A model generated the notes under the pieces. The model had not been told where the DNA came from and did no database searches. It saw only the letters and a list, made by a program, of their open reading frames with translations. DNA of 64,000 nt. It comes from Patescibacteria group bacterium (GTDB taxonomy: Bacteria > Patescibacteriota > Patescibacteriia > Magasanikbacterales > GWA2-37-8). Numbering within the stretch: position 1 is the stretch's first letter; the number at the start of each line of letters is the position of its first letter. Shown one piece after another: positions 63,171 through 64,000 of this stretch. The stretch lies in assembly GCA_004321885.1 (NCBI GenBank), contig SCQK01000013.1:111929-175928 (forward strand), written 5' to 3'. The position numbers and the translations under genes are program-made.

Positions 63171-63473
63171 CTATGGCTCCACTATCTTGAGCTCGCCGCG
63201 GAACCCGACCATCACCTCGCGAAAGAACTTCGCGAACTCCAGCTTGGCGGCGCGCCTCTCTTTCTTCTCCCCTTGCGCTACTTGAGCGCGAAGGTAGAGA
63301 TCTGCCAGACGCACCCGCTCCGGGTCAATCTCGCTCTGCGGAAAGAAGAGGTTGTGCTCTTGAGCTCGTTGCGCGAGCTCATTCTCCGCTGTGCCGAGCG
63401 CCCGCACGTAATCATCCGCCCATTCCGACATCACCCGCAGGCGATCCTGCAGTTGCCGCCCTCTTTTGTCCAT
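63171..63473 (-). CDS. hypothetical small charged protein in a GC-rich patch (start at MDKRGRQ)
   Basis: The minus-strand reading is helical and charged, whereas the overlapping plus ORF is low-complexity. It is followed by the terminator aatcaccctg...cagggtgatt at 63663-63700. Confidence 0.35.
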   Translation of the reverse strand: MDKRGRQLQDRLRVMSEWADDYVRALGTAENELAQRAQEHNLFFPQSEIDPERVRLADLYLRAQVAQGEKKERRAAKLEFAKFFREVMVGFRGELKIVEP

Positions 63474-64000
63474 CCTTTTTTCTCCGTGTCGCGGACAGAG
63501 GTTTCCACCGTTCCCAATCCCGTTAAACTGTTCACTCGGCGGGAAACAAATCCTTGTTTCCCAGCGGCTGAACACTTTTTTGTTAAAGAGCCACATCCAC
63601 CAAAGGCGGAAAGTTAGCCAGATGGGCTCCCCGCCCTGGCGGGTCACCTCATCGCTAACTTAAATCACCCTGTCGCTTTTGCTGCAGGGTGATTATTTTT
63701 GTGTGCTATTGTTTTTCTTTATCTACGCTTGTATCGCGTCACACAATCACCCTGCGGCATAAAATAAAAGTCCCAAACCTTTACAAAGGTCTTGGACATA
63801 ATCGGGTTAATTGTGTGCGGATTTAACGACATATTCATATTGCCATTTAATGTATCACACCGCTTTTTTTTGTCAATAGAGTGTACAGTTAACACCATAG
63901 GGTAACATATGGTAGTATCAAGGGTTACACCTGTTCACTGTGTGAACAGTAATAATCGCTTAACCATATGGCCTATCCAATGGCAGCTGGTCGTCGGGAA

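Noticed and set aside
1-64000. CRISPR array, suggested by many short repeated palindromes
   Set aside because: The repeats are of several different families and are irregularly spaced. Many lie inside ORFs. There are no uniform spacers and no cas genes.

Overview
This 64-kb window looks like a ~50-52% GC, gene-dense fragment from a small-genome bacterium, probably CPR/Patescibacteria-like. This inference rests on short intergenic spacers, coding almost entirely on the minus strand, small hairpin repeats everywhere and group I introns in tRNA genes. The recognisable genes are housekeeping: secA, secD-secF, tpiA, glyQS, frr, holB, mreB, rplJ-rplL, rpmG, xseA-xseB, lgt, tsaB-like, gatC-gatA and speA. 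There is also an M16 peptidase, an M50 site-2 protease, a GT2 synthase, an O-antigen-ligase/TPR protein, a CPA2/Kef antiporter and an ECF sigma/anti-sigma pair flanked by two paralogous low-complexity surface proteins. I could support seven tRNA genes: Val, Trp, Thr-GGU, Tyr, Thr-UGU, Ser and Glu. The Thr-GGU and Tyr genes each carry a short group I intron, with a free-standing LAGLIDADG-like ORF packed between them. Compositionally odd islands stand out. One is an AT-rich restriction-modification (R-M) pair inserted between glyS and frr. Another is an AT-rich GIY-YIG/MazG/NUDIX-remnant hotspot full of palindromes next to secA. A third is a very GC-rich single-gene island with a consensus promoter and long structured UTRs. 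The most unusual global signal is two or three families of short palindromic elements that occur between genes and also inside essential genes in frame, much like Rickettsia palindromic elements. Also notable are a SecD carrying two parvulin-type PPIase domains in its periplasmic head, two promoter-plus-terminator small-RNA candidates, a GC-rich ~260-nt structured element, and a leaderless HTH gene behind duplicated palindromic boxes. All calls come from reading the sequence and ORF translations; no database searches were run, and the taxon assignment in particular is tentative.
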